Assembly: GCF_000143415.4 (NCBI RefSeq)
Contig: NW_003314282.1
Coordinates: 717,700 to 781,699, forward strand
Source of the DNA: Selaginella moellendorffii
Taxonomy: Eukaryota; Plantae; Lycopodiophyta
DNA length: 64,000 nt
Reading direction: 5' to 3'
Positions 1-12,456 of the stretch are shown here, piece by piece (the first letter of the stretch is position 1; every line of letters begins with the position of its first letter). Below the pieces are notes generated by a model. The model did no database searches, was not told the DNA's origin, and saw only the letters and a program-made list of their open reading frames with translations. The translations under genes were made by a program, and so were the position numbers.

Positions 1-49
1 ATTTTAATTATAATATTAATTAAAAATAATATTTAATTTAATTTCTAGT

Positions 50-500
50 CCAACAATTATCAAAATCCCACTATGTTAATATTAATATATGGCATTATAA
101 TTGTATACTTGGACCTTACATCATTCCTTCCTCTCATAATGATGAAAAACAATCAAGGTTCTTTAATATATGGGTTGGAATCTAGAAGAATATTAGGAAG
201 ATGTATCGGTGAATCTGTAAGTAGTGCCACTTGTTACAACTCTCTTGTATAAAGTGGTTTAGCTATTGCATATCCATAATTTCTGGAGGATCAACCTATT
301 AAATGTCATACCAAATTTTATAAATTTGCAGTTTAACTTGCTAGAACACTTGATATTAAACAAATTACATACGATAAAATTGGGAAAATAAATTAACACT
401 AAGTCATTTATTTTATACTTCACAAGGGGATGATAATAGGAGTTATAATGCCATTCTTGTCCCATTTGTAAGCAGCCCAATGTCAAATTCAATTCATTTG
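50..500 (-). mobile_element. Decayed Ty3/gypsy (family B) 3' integrase and LTR remnant
   Basis: Reverse complement resembles 15720-16130 and 38330-38430 (YNSxxHPLVKYKINDLVLIxFP). Confidence 0.65.
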
Positions 501-753
501 CATTTTTATTTAAAGCAATTCTTATGTATTATAATGATTTACTGTGATAGCAAACATAATATAAAATATTTTGTTAAATGTTATTCCTAGAATCAAACTT
601 TGAACACTTAATTAGTTTTAATGGCAAAAATTATATAAAATTCAACTGTGTTTAAAACTTTTAATTGTACTTTATTGAATGCCAAATTAATTTGATCATC
701 TAGATTTAAGGACATTAATACTATGTATTAGAGTGATATAATAATAATATATT

Positions 754-2640
754 CTAATTAATATTAAACAAGTCCATCTCCATACTACTTGAGCTTTGGG
801 CCTCAACTCGGGCGAGAAGGGTCCATCCATCTCCAGATGCATGTAGGCATTCGTTCACGGCCACAACCCTCACGATGTCCCCAAATTCTATGTCCATGTA
901 TCCCTGAAGAAAATAACCAGTCAAAAGTACAAGAAGAAAAACAATAATACCTGGTATCTCTTGAGAAAAGCTTGAAGTTCTCTCATCTTTGATTTCATTC
1001 GCGCGTGTTCGTTGCTCGCTATAGCGGCACTTACTTCTAAAGGGGAGTGTCCGATCATCCTCTCAACCAGCTGCAAAATCGGAGACTATACTCTTGACTA
1101 AACAGAATTGAAGCTTTACCTCGTGGTTCACTAAAGCTTCTGTTAAAAGGCTTCCATCTTCGATGTATATCGCCAGCCGGTATGCATTGCGATCCTTGAA
1201 AAGGAACTCTTTCACGGCTGTAAGGAAACACTGTATCCAGAAAACGAATCGTGCTTTCTTTTTTCTTTTCTTTTGTTACCTTAACTCGGCCTGATTGAAC
1301 TACACCGGACTCCATAAACCGCCTCTGTAGAACCGCCAGATACGTAAAGGGAGGGGACTCCAGGCTGTCTGCGGCTGAAAAATGGACGGGCATATGTCAC
1401 GAAAATCTGAAGATCATAAAACTTACTGCGCAGTTGTCTTCTACTCCTGGTTTCATTGGATTGGAGGGAAAGCATACGAATACGCGAAGTTCCCAGGCCG
1501 ATAGAAGTCTCGGAAGGTGTGCCAGACGAGGTCCGATGCGTAGTTTCGTCCTGTCCTGGAGGTGAACATCAAAAGCATTAGGCAGGGAGAGAAAACCTGA
1601 AAGGCCTTCTTTGTGTTTACTTGGTGTTTGTTCACTGTAGGAATATGAACCGCGAGAAAAATCTTCTATAGAAACAGGTGCTTGCCTTCCTGAAGACAAA
1701 AAAAGTAGAGACAGAAAATCAAAATACAAGGATAGAAGAACGAAAGAAAGAAAGCAAACACAGTCACTGTGCAAAAGTTAGACCTGTATATGGATGATCA
1801 CGAACAGTCGAAGAAGGTTGCTGCTCACTTCCAGGATTGGCTGCAGCGCCATTGTTTTCTTGGACGTCAGGAGTTCGGGGCCAGGCAGCTTGTGTAAGTT
1901 GCTCTTCCAACGATGGTGGAGTAGTACCACGCGGGTGCCTGCAAATATCCTTAACTAGTACACGAAGAAGAAAACTTTACCTGTTTCCCCGAGGAGGTTT
2001 GTTTACTTGATGTACCACTCTCTGTCGAGCCTCTTCAAGCTCTTGGACAACACCTCCTAGAACAGTAACAATTTCCGGGACAAGAAGAAACATCCCTCTC
2101 CGGATGCAGACATTCCTTACGCAAATCTGCGGTTGGGAGAAAGAAAAATCAAGGAAAGGATTTCTTGAACGCGTACCTTCAAACCAGCTGGTTGTAAGAC
2201 TTTGAGCTGTGGGATAGGACGATACTCAATGCCAAAAACTCGTTGAGCACCGTCGGTCATGGAGAGCTTCAAGCATCGACTTCCAATTCCAGCATTTCTT
2301 TCCTGGTAGCGATCCTTGAGGCCGCAGCAAATGTCCACCGTTTCATCTACCTGTGTGCCATGCTCCCATCGATAAAAAAAAATATAGAAAAACTTTCACT
2401 TACTTGTAGAACGAAAGGGCCCGCTAGCTCCACTTTGTGCATCGCCTGGACCCCTGGAGGAAGCACAGCATCGGTGACGAGATTGAAATCGGCAGCGAGG
2501 AGATGCGCAAAGCATTTCTCGGCGCGCGAGTCTACCAGCAACTGTGACGCTCCGATCTGCTCGCGCAGGCAAGAAGAAAGCCACTGCGCCTTAGGCCGCA
2601 TTCCGCGAGAAGCCAGAATCTCCACAACCCGCTCCTCCAT
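754..2640 (-). CDS. RMI1: RecQ-mediated genome instability protein 1 (RMI1), about 10 exons, apparently intact
   Basis: Exons traced by hand with GT-AG introns and consistent phases: MEERVV...GPFVLQ | VDETVDI...RCLKLSMTDGAQRVFGIEYRPIP...AGLK | ICVRNVCIRRGMFLLVPE...LGG | linker exons | PPFTYLA...RVK | CFLTAVKEF...IEDGSL | LVERMIGHSP | GYMDIEF...stop at 754. These match the RMI1 N-terminal and C-terminal OB folds. Confidence 0.85.
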
Positions 2641-2731
2641 CGAAATCCCAAAACCCTACTAGGGTTCTAAGCATCCCGCCATTTTGCTAGCTTGAAAGGT
2701 TCCAGGAATATGCTTGCCAAGCAAGGGCTTT
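2641..2731. promoter_or_regulatory. Very short bidirectional promoter with back-to-back telo-boxes (AAACCCTA-c-TAGGGTT)
   Basis: About 90 bp separate the RMI1 ATG (2640, minus) from the oligopeptidase ATG (2732, plus). aaaccctactagggttc lies at about 2651-2667 and recurs in all four copies. Confidence 0.55.
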
Positions 2732-3225
2732 ATGGTGTTTTGCCGCGCGCACTCTCTTCTCTTCCAGATCGCGCATTGCGGCAATTCGCTCCTGCGGCGC
2801 CGAGGACATCGTTCCCCAAGACGCGCCACGGCGTGACATGAGACGATCCCTGCCACTGGCTGCGAAATTCGGACGAATCAGCACGCGCAATCGACCATGG
2901 CTGGGACAAGGGAGCTGCAGCGCCAGATCCGCCAGGAAATGGCGAGTAGGATGGAGAAGGATCTCGCGTCGCTGCCAGAGCGCTGGGGGCATTGGTGAGT
3001 TCTTCCCGTTTTAACTTTTAGTTTTTGGCTTAGACGAAAAGCTTAATGACGATGTAGGAAATTTCGTGCAAATCCCACAAGGGAAAGATCTACTCGAGAC
3101 GAAGAGCCCGCAAAGGTGGAAGGCTGAAGGCTTTCTTGACAAAATTTCCTCGACAAGAAGCAGAGTGAAGTGATGATCGACATCAATGCGCTTGCTGCGA
3201 AGCACGATAAAGTTTTGAGGATCTA
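2732..3225 (+). pseudogene. Oligopeptidase B 5' fragment (first exons, frameshifted)
   Basis: Homologous to 55558-56100 (TRHGVT*DDPCHWLRNS, ERWG). It carries deletions and a TGG-to-TGA stop. Confidence 0.85.
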
Positions 3226-3786
3226 TCCTTCGTTCTCTCGTCGTAGCTATCATGAGGATGATCGATCGAAAGGACCTGCATTGCGATGAACGAGATTCAC
3301 AAAATTCGGCACTCTGAGACCAGGAAAGGAAACGAAGCGACTAGAGCAAAAATCAGGGAAGAGCTCACCGTTTTATACCCCCGGGAAGTGGAAGGCCAAC
3401 GGCCTGTGGCAACAAGTTTAATAATGTTGATTCAACACAGCAATCCAGGCACATATAACTCGTCTTTGAAAGCATCGAGCTCATAAGACCAAACGTTTTG
3501 TGACGACTTAGTTTATAGCATAACTTAGAGGAATTTTTGTCACTGCATAAGGTTTTTCCATGGTGGAGCGCAGCTGGTGTAGTGGTAGTATCCTCCCACC
3601 TCATGCGGATCGCTTATCTCCAAACAGATAGAATTGATGATCCACCAATGTTTTGGGCGAGAAGACACTTGGCCTGGGAGGTTGTCCCATGAAATCGCCA
3701 CCGTCCATCAAACATCATCCCAGCCGTCGATATAAACCCGTTTTGAGGAAGCTAGGTCTTCCATTCAGCAAGAAGGTCTGGGAGCG

Positions 3787-4710
3787 ATGGTGCGTGACAC
3801 CGGTGAGTTAAGCGAGGATGACTGTAGTGAGCTTCTCAAGTTCTACATGAGGGGAAAGCGGCTGGGATGTGGAGGGCAAGGGCAGGTTTTCATGATCCAT
3901 AATGGCCACAACACATATGCTGGAAAGTTGTTTCGATCGGGGAGTGATGCCGAGAGAGAAGCTCGGCTCATGTCCAAGCTTCACGCCTGCCCTGGGGTCG
4001 TCTCCTTCAAGGGCTTTGTCAGGGAGAGAGATGGTGCCAAGTGCTATGGCACCATCGTCATGGAGCTGTGTGGCCCAAACCTATGCGAGGGATTGATCAA
4101 CTGCGGGCCGATGAGGGAGGAGGATGCAGCGAAGACCATCAAGAAGCTGGCTGAAACGCTCAAGGAGATCCACTCCAGGGGAATTATCCACCGGGATCTC
4201 AAGCCGGAGAACATTCTTGTCAAGCTCAATGCCACTGGTGTGCACGATGTTCTGATTGGAGACTTCGGGATAGCCACAGACCTGCACAGGGAGATGTCAA
4301 AGTACTGTGGCACGGAAAAGTATATGGCACCAGAGGTGATGGCGAGGAAGGGCCGCAAGGGAGAATCACAGAGCTTCTACACGGCAGCCATTGATGTGTG
4401 GGGTTTGGGAGTCATTGCGTACGAGCTGTTGAAAGGTCACAAATCGAGAATGGAAATCGATTTCTTGAGAGCGGGAGCATTTCCAACTGGTTTTGGCTCG
4501 GACCAGGCGGAGGATCTTCTCCGGGGGATGTTAGCTGTTGAACCGAGCAAGAGGGTAACGCTGGACCGTGTGCTTGCACATCCCTGGATCGTGAAGCATT
4601 GCAGCAGCAGTAGCAAGATCGAGACGACGACACGCAGCAGGCGCTGTGGAATGAAGAGGAGTCTTCCCAGCAACAGCGACTTGATCGTGAAAAAAGCTCG
4701 TGCAGCTTAA
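3787..4710 (+). CDS. Intronless Ser/Thr protein kinase (CAMK/CDPK-like catalytic domain), 307 aa
   Basis: GCGGQGQV, AGK, HRDLKPEN, DFG, YMAPE, DVWGLGV and HPW motifs. TATA-like gatataaa lies about 55 bp upstream. Confidence 0.9.
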   Translation: MVRDTGELSEDDCSELLKFYMRGKRLGCGGQGQVFMIHNGHNTYAGKLFRSGSDAEREARLMSKLHACPGVVSFKGFVRERDGAKCYGTIVMELCGPNLCEGLINCGPMREEDAAKTIKKLAETLKEIHSRGIIHRDLKPENILVKLNATGVHDVLIGDFGIATDLHREMSKYCGTEKYMAPEVMARKGRKGESQSFYTAAIDVWGLGVIAYELLKGHKSRMEIDFLRAGAFPTGFGSDQAEDLLRGMLAVEPSKRVTLDRVLAHPWIVKHCSSSSKIETTTRSRRCGMKRSLPSNSDLIVKKARAA

Positions 4711-4892
4711 CAGCACCAGTTCGGTAAGCATCGTTTTTGATTGAAGAGTACAGGTACTAACTTTGCTTGCTTGGTCACCGGGTGGAAAAAAAATTTTTGT
4801 GAGACAACGATTTCTTTGTGTATATCAATGCAAGAACTGTCTTTGCAAGTTATGAATTTTCCTTTCTATTCTCTTGATGGGAACAGTCAAAT

Positions 4893-6430
4893 TCAATACA
4901 ATGGAAGGGATCGCTGATGATCCTGGCGGCAAATTTGAAGAGCTTCAACTCGGGCAAGAAGCCTCCATCCATTTCCGGATAGTCGTTCACGGCCACAACC
5001 CTGTGCTGAAAAGATCACCACACGCTTAAGAAGAGAATATCTCATGTGTGCCTTTGTAAAAAACACCTGGTATCTCTTGAGAAAAGCTTGACGTTCTATA
5101 GCGGCACTTACATCCAACGGGGAGTGTCCGATCATCCTCTCAACCAAGTCTTGATTAAACAGAATTAAAGCTTTACCTCGTGGTTCACTAGAGCTTCCAT
5201 TAAAAGGCTTCCATCTTCGATGTATATCGCCAGCTGGTATGCATCGTGATCCTTGAAAAGGAACTCTTTCACGGCTTAAGTATCCAGTTTTTTCTTTTCT
5301 TTTATTACCTTAACTCGGCCTGATTGAACTACACCGGACTCCAGAAACCACCTCTGTAGAACTGCCAGATACGTAAAGGGAGGGGCTGAAAAATGGACGG
5401 GGAAATGTGAAGATCATAAAACTTACTGCAAAGTTGTCTTCTAGTCCTGGTTTCTTGATTGGATTGGAGGGAAAGCATATGAATACGCGAATTTCCCAGG
5501 CCGACAGAAGTCTCCGAAGGTGTGCCAGACGAGGTCCGATGCTGTCCTGAAGTGAAGATAAAAAGAATTACGCATGGAGAGAAAACTTGAAAGGCCTTAC
5601 TTTGTGTTTACTTGGTGTTTGTTCACTGTAGGAATATGAACCGCGAGAAAAATCTTCTATAGAAACAGGTGCTTGCCTTCCTGAAGACAAAAAAGTAGAG
5701 ACAGAAAATCAAAATACAAGGATAGAAGAACGAAAGAAAGAAAGCAAACACAGTCACTGTGCAAAGTTAGACCTGTATATGGATGATCACGAACAGTCGA
5801 AGAAGGTTGCTGCTCACTTCCAGGATTGGCTGCAGGGCCATTGTTTTCTTGGACGTCAGGAGTTCGGGGCCAGGCAGCTTGTGTAAGTTGCTCTTCCAAC
5901 GATGGTGGAGTAGTACCACGCGGGTGCCTGCAAATATCCTTAACTAGTACACGAAGAAGAAAACTTTACCTGTTTCCCCGAGGAGGTTTGTTTACTTGAT
6001 GTACCACTCTCTGTCGAGCCTCGTCAAGCTCCTCCAAGAACAGTAACAATTTCCGGGACGAGAAGAAACATCCCCCTCCGAATGTGCAAAGACTTGTAAT
6101 ACTTTGAGCTGTGGAGTAGGACGATACTCAATGCCAAAAACTCGTTGAGCATCATCGGTCATGGATAGCTTCAAGCATTGACTTCCAATTCCTTCCTGGT
6201 AGTGATCCTTGAAAATGTCAACCGCTTCATCTACCTGTGTGCTATGCTCCCATCGATGAAAAGCTATAGAAACCTTCCACTTACTTGTAGAACATAAGTG
6301 CATCGCCTGGACCTCTGGAGCGTCGGAGGAGCTGCGCGAAGCATTTCTCGGCGCGAGAATCTACCGGTAACTGAGACGCTCCGATCTGCTCGCGCAGGCA
6401 AGAAGAGAGCCACTGCGCCTTAGGCCGCAT
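4893..6430 (-). pseudogene. RMI1: Degenerate RMI1 copy
   Basis: Collinear with 754-2640 but with many internal deletions, including most of exon 1 and an exon 2/3 junction. Confidence 0.9.
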
Positions 6431-6528
6431 GAGAAATCCCAAAACCCTACTAGGGTTCTAAACATCCCGCCATTTTGCGAGCTTGAAAGGTTCCAGGAAT
6501 ATGCTTGCCAAGCAGGGTCTAGGGTTTT

Positions 6529-8077
6529 CTGGCGCTTTGCCGCTTCTCTCGCGCACTCTCTTCTCTTCCAGATCGCGCATTGCGGCAATTCGCTCCTGCG
6601 GCGCCGAGGAGATCGTTCCCCAAGACGCGCCACGGCGTGACATGGGACGATCCCTACCACTGGCTGCGAAATTCCGAGGATCCGGCCGTCATCGCGTATC
6701 TCCAGGCTGAGAATCAGCACGCGCAGTCGACCATGGCTGGGACAAGGGAGCTCCAGCGCCAGATCTGCCAGGAAATGGCGAGCAGGATGGAGAAGGAGCT
6801 CGCGTCGCCTCCAGAGCGCTGGGGGGATTGGTGAGTTCTTCCTTGCTCGTTTAGATTTTTTTTTTTTTTTTTTTTTTTGCCTAGATGAGGAACTTAGAAA
6901 CAATGTAGGTACTATTTCGTGCATATCCCGCAAGGGAAAGAGTTTCCCATCTACTCGAGACGAAGAGCCCGCCAAGGTGGAAGGCTGAAGGCTTTCTTTA
7001 CAAGTTTTTTTGACAAGAACAGTGAAGTTATGATTGACATCAATGAGCTTGCTGCTGAGCACGGTAAAGTTTTGAGGATTGTTCTTTGTTTCTCTCTTCT
7101 TCCTAATTACACAAGTGTAGGCCATGCGCAGCTTGGAGTTTTTAAGCTATCCATGTACACAATTGACTTGGGTGGCAACGAGATCTTCACATTGTTTATC
7201 AAAGACTTGGAAACTGATAGCCTCCTCCTGGAGCACAAAACCGATGGTGTAGTAAGTGTGGAGTGGTCTGATATTGGAGACTATCTTTACTACACTTGTA
7301 GTGATGCAGCCACAAGTTTCTATTTGAAGTTTCTTCTAGAATCATTTTTTCTTGATCTTGACAGGGTTTTGTTGCGGAACTTGCGATCTAAAGACGATGA
7401 CATTGCAATTTATTACGACGACAATCCAAAGAACTTTGTTGATGTTACAAGAACCAAAAACTGGCAGTACGTTTTGATTAATGTCAACTCAAAGATGTCC
7501 TCTAAGGTAATTGCGTTTCACAAATGTGTTGCTCGAGCCTCTACAGGACAGGTTTTTCTGGTAGATCCGAAAACTTCAGCCACAACGTTGCGGAAAGTTG
7601 CAGATAGAGTTGATGGAATCCAGTATTTCGTGGAACACCATGAAGAGCACCTGTATATTCTTACCAATTTTTTGGGCGACAAGAAGCTAGTGTCGTTAGG
7701 AAACAACTATCGGCTTGTCCGCTGCAAGACAGATAGCTTGACCTCGAGGTACGTCAATTCTCGTTTTTTTCACAGCAAAAAATGAAACACTGTAGGAGGT
7801 TGTCCCAGTCGACAGCGAAAATTGGATAGAGGATATGGATATTTTTGCAAAGCATTTGATCTTATACAGACGACAAAATGGTCTTCCCATTGTGCATGTT
7901 ATCAACCTGGATGTAAGCATATGGTAAAAGTTTTGGTCTCACTAAGCTCTTTCCTTTCAGAGCCTGAAAACTCCTCCTTGGACTGTAAACCTTCCCTCCG
8001 GGATAACAGTTCTTACTCCTGGAGCAAACTGTGACTTCAATTCGTCTACTCTACGGCTGTCGATATCTTCACTGGTG
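6529..8077 (+). pseudogene. Oligopeptidase B (protease II, S9A) 5' half, truncated
   Basis: Copy of 55558-57134 with the start ATG changed to CTG (6529), small deletions near 7152, 7310 and 7748 (the last causes a frameshift), and no catalytic domain. Confidence 0.9.
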
Positions 8078-8122
8078 GTAAGCTCTCTTTCTTTCTTGCA
8101 TTAGATGTTCGGCGATATAAAG

Positions 8123-9556
8123 ATTGGGCATGTAACGAAATCTGGAGAAATAGCGGGGCCACGTACATTGGAGCACATGGTTGATGTTTGTCTTCACTTG
8201 GAGGCAAGAGGTTTTTATCTTTGTTCGTTTGAGGTTGCCATATATTTCTTGTCTCTAGGGAGACCGTCTTTTGTCTCAACGGCTTCTAAGATCACTAAAA
8301 AATCGCTTCGCTTATACGAAAGAGGTGACTGTCTTTCAGCATTTGCTTTTAAATTGAATCTCGCTGTTTTATCTTTATTACAGGTCGGCGTGTTTGAGGT
8401 GGTCGACAACGGTTTACGAGCGGTAGAAAATCCCAGTTTGATGTTTCTTTCTGATAGAACTGGGGAGGACAGTAATGCATCAGCCACCGTTGGTGGCTTT
8501 GGAAGGATCTCGGCCGCTGCTGGTTGAAATCCAGGTAAGCGACGTCTAGGATTTACGTTGGATGATGATACTTTTAGCCAAATCTGAGCGTTGTCTGGCT
8601 GCTCTAGCTTTCCAGGTTCAACGAGAGACTGGTGGTAGATTCTTTGGAATTTCCCGAGTTTCGAGTGAGCTGGACTGCCAAGAACAGTTTCTCTGACTTG
8701 CCATGATCTGACTTTAAAACCGAGAAGCGTATCTGACAACGATCAAAAGCTAAAGTTTTCTCCGGCATGAACGCGCGTTTTGCAGGCCTTATGCTCTCCT
8801 GCCACTTCACTGCCAAGTAAAAGAACGTTCACTGGAGTGGATCCATTTCGATTCAATCTGATTGTTGCAGTAAGTCACTCCATAAATATTCTCCACTTTT
8901 GTGAGGCTTGACGCTGTGATGCCAGGTCTTACTCAAACAAGCGCGCTTGAGACTTGCAAGACAGGTGCGTTCTGTACTTTGTGATAGCAAAAGTTCTTAT
9001 GCTGAAAGACTGCTCTAGGATATTTTTGTTAATGTCGTTGGAGGCTTTCGTTTGGAAGAGCCCGCCACAGATATTGCTGTTGCCGTCGCTATTGCCAGCA
9101 GGTACTTTCTCTCGACTAGCTGGGCTCACGAGCTTCGTCTTGCTTGCAGCTATATAGAAAGGCCGGTTCCTCGGGACACAGTCTTCGTTGGTGAGCTAGG
9201 ACTCGGGGGAGAGCTGCGCTTTGAACGTTCTTACGTGGTTTCTCACTTTTCAATGCTGGAAATTCCGTCCATGCAGGTAGCTCAACTCGAAAGGCGAGTG
9301 TTTGAGGCATCCAAGCTGGGTTTCAAGAAATGCATCGTCCCACAGGGTGCTAAAGGAGTTAAGGTGGACGGAATGATTTATTCTTTGCTCGAGCCTCACG
9401 GACGTTCTACAGAAAGTCTTCAACTACAAGAGCCTGCCCCAGCAGCGAAAGAGTGGAGCCACGGTTCATTTGGATGCGTTTCCGGAAGAAGACGGGGTGT
9501 GTGGTGAGGTCCAAGTCGGTCAGGAATCTCTTGACGATGATCTTGCTAATGAGTAA
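8123..9556 (+). pseudogene. RADA: DNA repair protein RadA/Sms, C-terminal half with introns and frameshifts
   Basis: [42 protein letters not shown]|ALC, DIFVNVVGGFRLEEPATDIAVAVAIASS, GELGLGGELR, EASKLGFKKCIVP. The N-terminal Zn finger and Walker A are absent; frameshifts near 8490 and 9380. Confidence 0.9.
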
Positions 9557-9699
9557 TAAGCTTTTGCATCGTAACATTTTAATCTCACAGGTGTACATAT
9601 AATCTAGGAGCTTATACGAATTGTAAATAACCATATCGCTCCAAGGATATAGATCTAGCAATACGATTGGCGGTCTTGATTGTTCTCTTAGCCTCAACA

Positions 9700-9870
9700 G
9701 GCATCACCCAAAAGAGGGTGGAGGGGCTGTGATTGTCTCCTACCTTGGACAGTGCTTGGAGCAATCGCGCGTGTGATCCCCTTCCTCGTCGTGCAGTGGC
9801 TGCTTGGAACCAGTGGCACGTAGAGGATTGCGCCACAAAAAGAGTGAATCTTTCCGAGATGACCAACGAT
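9700..9870 (-). pseudogene. Fragment of the 5' end of an ABCC transporter paralogue
   Basis: [22 protein letters not shown] vs [22 protein letters not shown] in the gene at 61251; nucleotide similarity to 61300-61505. Confidence 0.8.
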
Positions 9871-12456
9871 GACTCTAAAGCAATAAAACGCTTGTTATCA
9901 ATAATGTAAAATACATTAAAAAAATAAAAAATACAATAAAAATAAGAATTAACCTAGAAATTAATGAAAACATTATTTTAATTAAGATTATTATTCCTCC
10001 ACATTATCTTCTTAAAGCAATATTCATAAAATGTTATTATTAATTGTCCAGTATCTTCTATTTTTAAAATTGCAAATATTATGCAGTTTGAGCAAAATAT
10101 ATTATTTTTCCATATAATGTTATTGTTATTATCTATTATAAGTAAATGACCATCTAGTTGAAAATGAAGATAACAAAATATATTTGATCTTTCTGATATT
10201 GTAGACCATATACTTTTGATTGTTCAATATCATCAATAACAAAATTACAATTTTCTAATTTAGCTCGAAATTTATTATTAGAAGAAATTAAACTACTACT
10301 ATTTATTATAAATGTGCCATAAAAACTTAGAGGACTGTTAAGTAGTTGTGTTCAATATGGCCAACATGGTAAAAAAAAAAAAATCAATTCTACTATATAA
10401 AATATTAAGAGATAGATTAGGATAACCTATATCAGAATATGGCTCATGAGGATCTCTCACAGAATTTATTCCAAGTGCAATAAAATCAATAAAAAATTAT
10501 CTATATACGGTTTCAATCATTCCTAGACCATATAATCTTGCATGATATTCTACTAATCCTAGCATTTCTAAAAAAGTTCTTCTAACATAGAAAACTGATA
10601 ATTATCAGGAAGTGAAAAATTTCTAAAACCTAAAGGAGTGATATAAATCCTAATCATAACTTGTTGAAAATATATCGATTACCAAAATGACCAAACAGTC
10701 CAATCCATCTAGTTTGAGGTGGTTGCGCATTCGATAAATTAACAATTATAAATAATAACAAGAGACTAAATATCATTTCAGATTCAATAAGAAGTTTTTA
10801 GAAATTTACTATACTAGGTGTTAAATGTATGTAAGGAAATTCTAGACTTTGTAAAGTGATCTTTCTTAATTAAAAAATAATAACTACCTAAACTTTATTA
10901 TATAATATTTAATCTATAAACCATTAAAGGCATAATTATATTTAGTTTTAAAATTATAATAAATAATACATTTTTAGTATCTTAATTATATTAAATGAAA
11001 TAATTAGTATATTTTAAATTCATAACTAACATTTAAATTTAAAACTAGTACAAGTATTTCATTAATAAATTAATCATTACCTTCTGTGAGGTTCAGATAT
11101 ACAGCTTTGATGCTAAATGCTATTATTAGCATAGTAGGATTCAGATTGGACTAAATAATTTAATAATTTTTGGCTTCTATATTTCATTCACTCATTGATC
11201 TTTAAGAAGTGCTTAGATTTATGTTTTTTAATTTAAATCTAACTTGTCCATCGCCTAGATCTCTCTTTTTGTAAGTTTTCTATTTTGTCTCTTTTGTTTT
11301 TCTTCTTTTTATTCATTTTCATGGTAGAGTAATTTACTCCTCCCTTGTAGCAGCATAATTCTATATAATATAAAAATCCCTAAACCCCAAAGTGGAGCTG
11401 AATGTGATTCATGTGGTAGTGGCCAAGGTAGAAGTCTAACAAATGTAACACATTTGCATCAATTTAGAAAAAACATAAATAGAACTTTTAAAGAAGTGCT
11501 TAAGGAATAAACACGAAATTATTAGTAAGTGAGTCTCAAATAAAAGACAAAAAATTACCAACATGTGGCAAGTGTTGTGATGTGTGAAAGTGCCAAGACT
11601 AAGCTTGAGATGGAATCCGAGATCAAGATTGAGATTGAGACTAAAACCAAAATTGAGTCCAAAACTAAGTTTAAGACCAAGCTCAAGTCTAAATGATTGT
11701 TTCTCAAACCCTAAGGGTTTGATAAATCCTTATATAATCCAAACACTCCTCAAGGACAATCAACCACTAATGTGAGTGCATAAAATATGAAAAAGGAATA
11801 CATATCAATTAGTTCAAAAACCTTAATTTATATATAAGAACAAATGGTTCAAATTGAAATCAATTTGATAGCTACCAAAATCCCATTATGCTAATATTAA
11901 TATATAACATCGTAACCGTACATTTGAACATGGTAAAATCCTTTCCTTTCAATTTGCATTCTCTTAATCTGTGGGCTCTAGAGCTATATTTCCAGTATGA
12001 TAAAATTTTTGCCAAATGGCCATACAGGATTTCATCAAGATCTCTTGAGGTGGACCAAACTCTCTCTCTCTCTCCCTCTCTCTCTTAAATGGGGAAATAA
12101 AATTTAAAAAAATATATTTGTGAGGTTGTGGTCAAGTATAAAATTTTGCTTAAGGATAGCTTTCGAGATTATTTCATTTCTGCAAAGGGCACATGATTGA
12201 AATTTTCAAATTAGTTCCAGTAGAACATGTTTGTATTTCTCATCCATGAAGCCGCTGCTGAGAACAAGGGAAGGGTAGCAGAGACAGTTCCATCATGAAT
12301 TTCTGGAAGGTCCTCACTTCTGATCTGCAACCCCTTCCAGATCATGCAATCTGGAGCATTCCAGTTTTTCCTGCATTGGTGCAACAAGCAATGAACACAA
12401 TATTATTAAATGGGGGGGGGAGCGGGCAGTCAAGGATGCCCAAGAGAAATATCTGC

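Larger units (their letters stand above)
1..8111 (+). repeat. Segmental duplication, left copy (matches 48940-57168); probably extends left of the window
   Basis: Near-identical sequence to 48940-57168, with the same ORFs in the ORF track. Identity stops abruptly after ...cttgcattagatgttcg (8111 vs 57168). Confidence 0.95.

Noticed and set aside
10090-10800. Possible LINE reverse-transcriptase remnant
   Set aside because: Only faint motif echoes in very AT-rich sequence; cannot be supported without a profile search.
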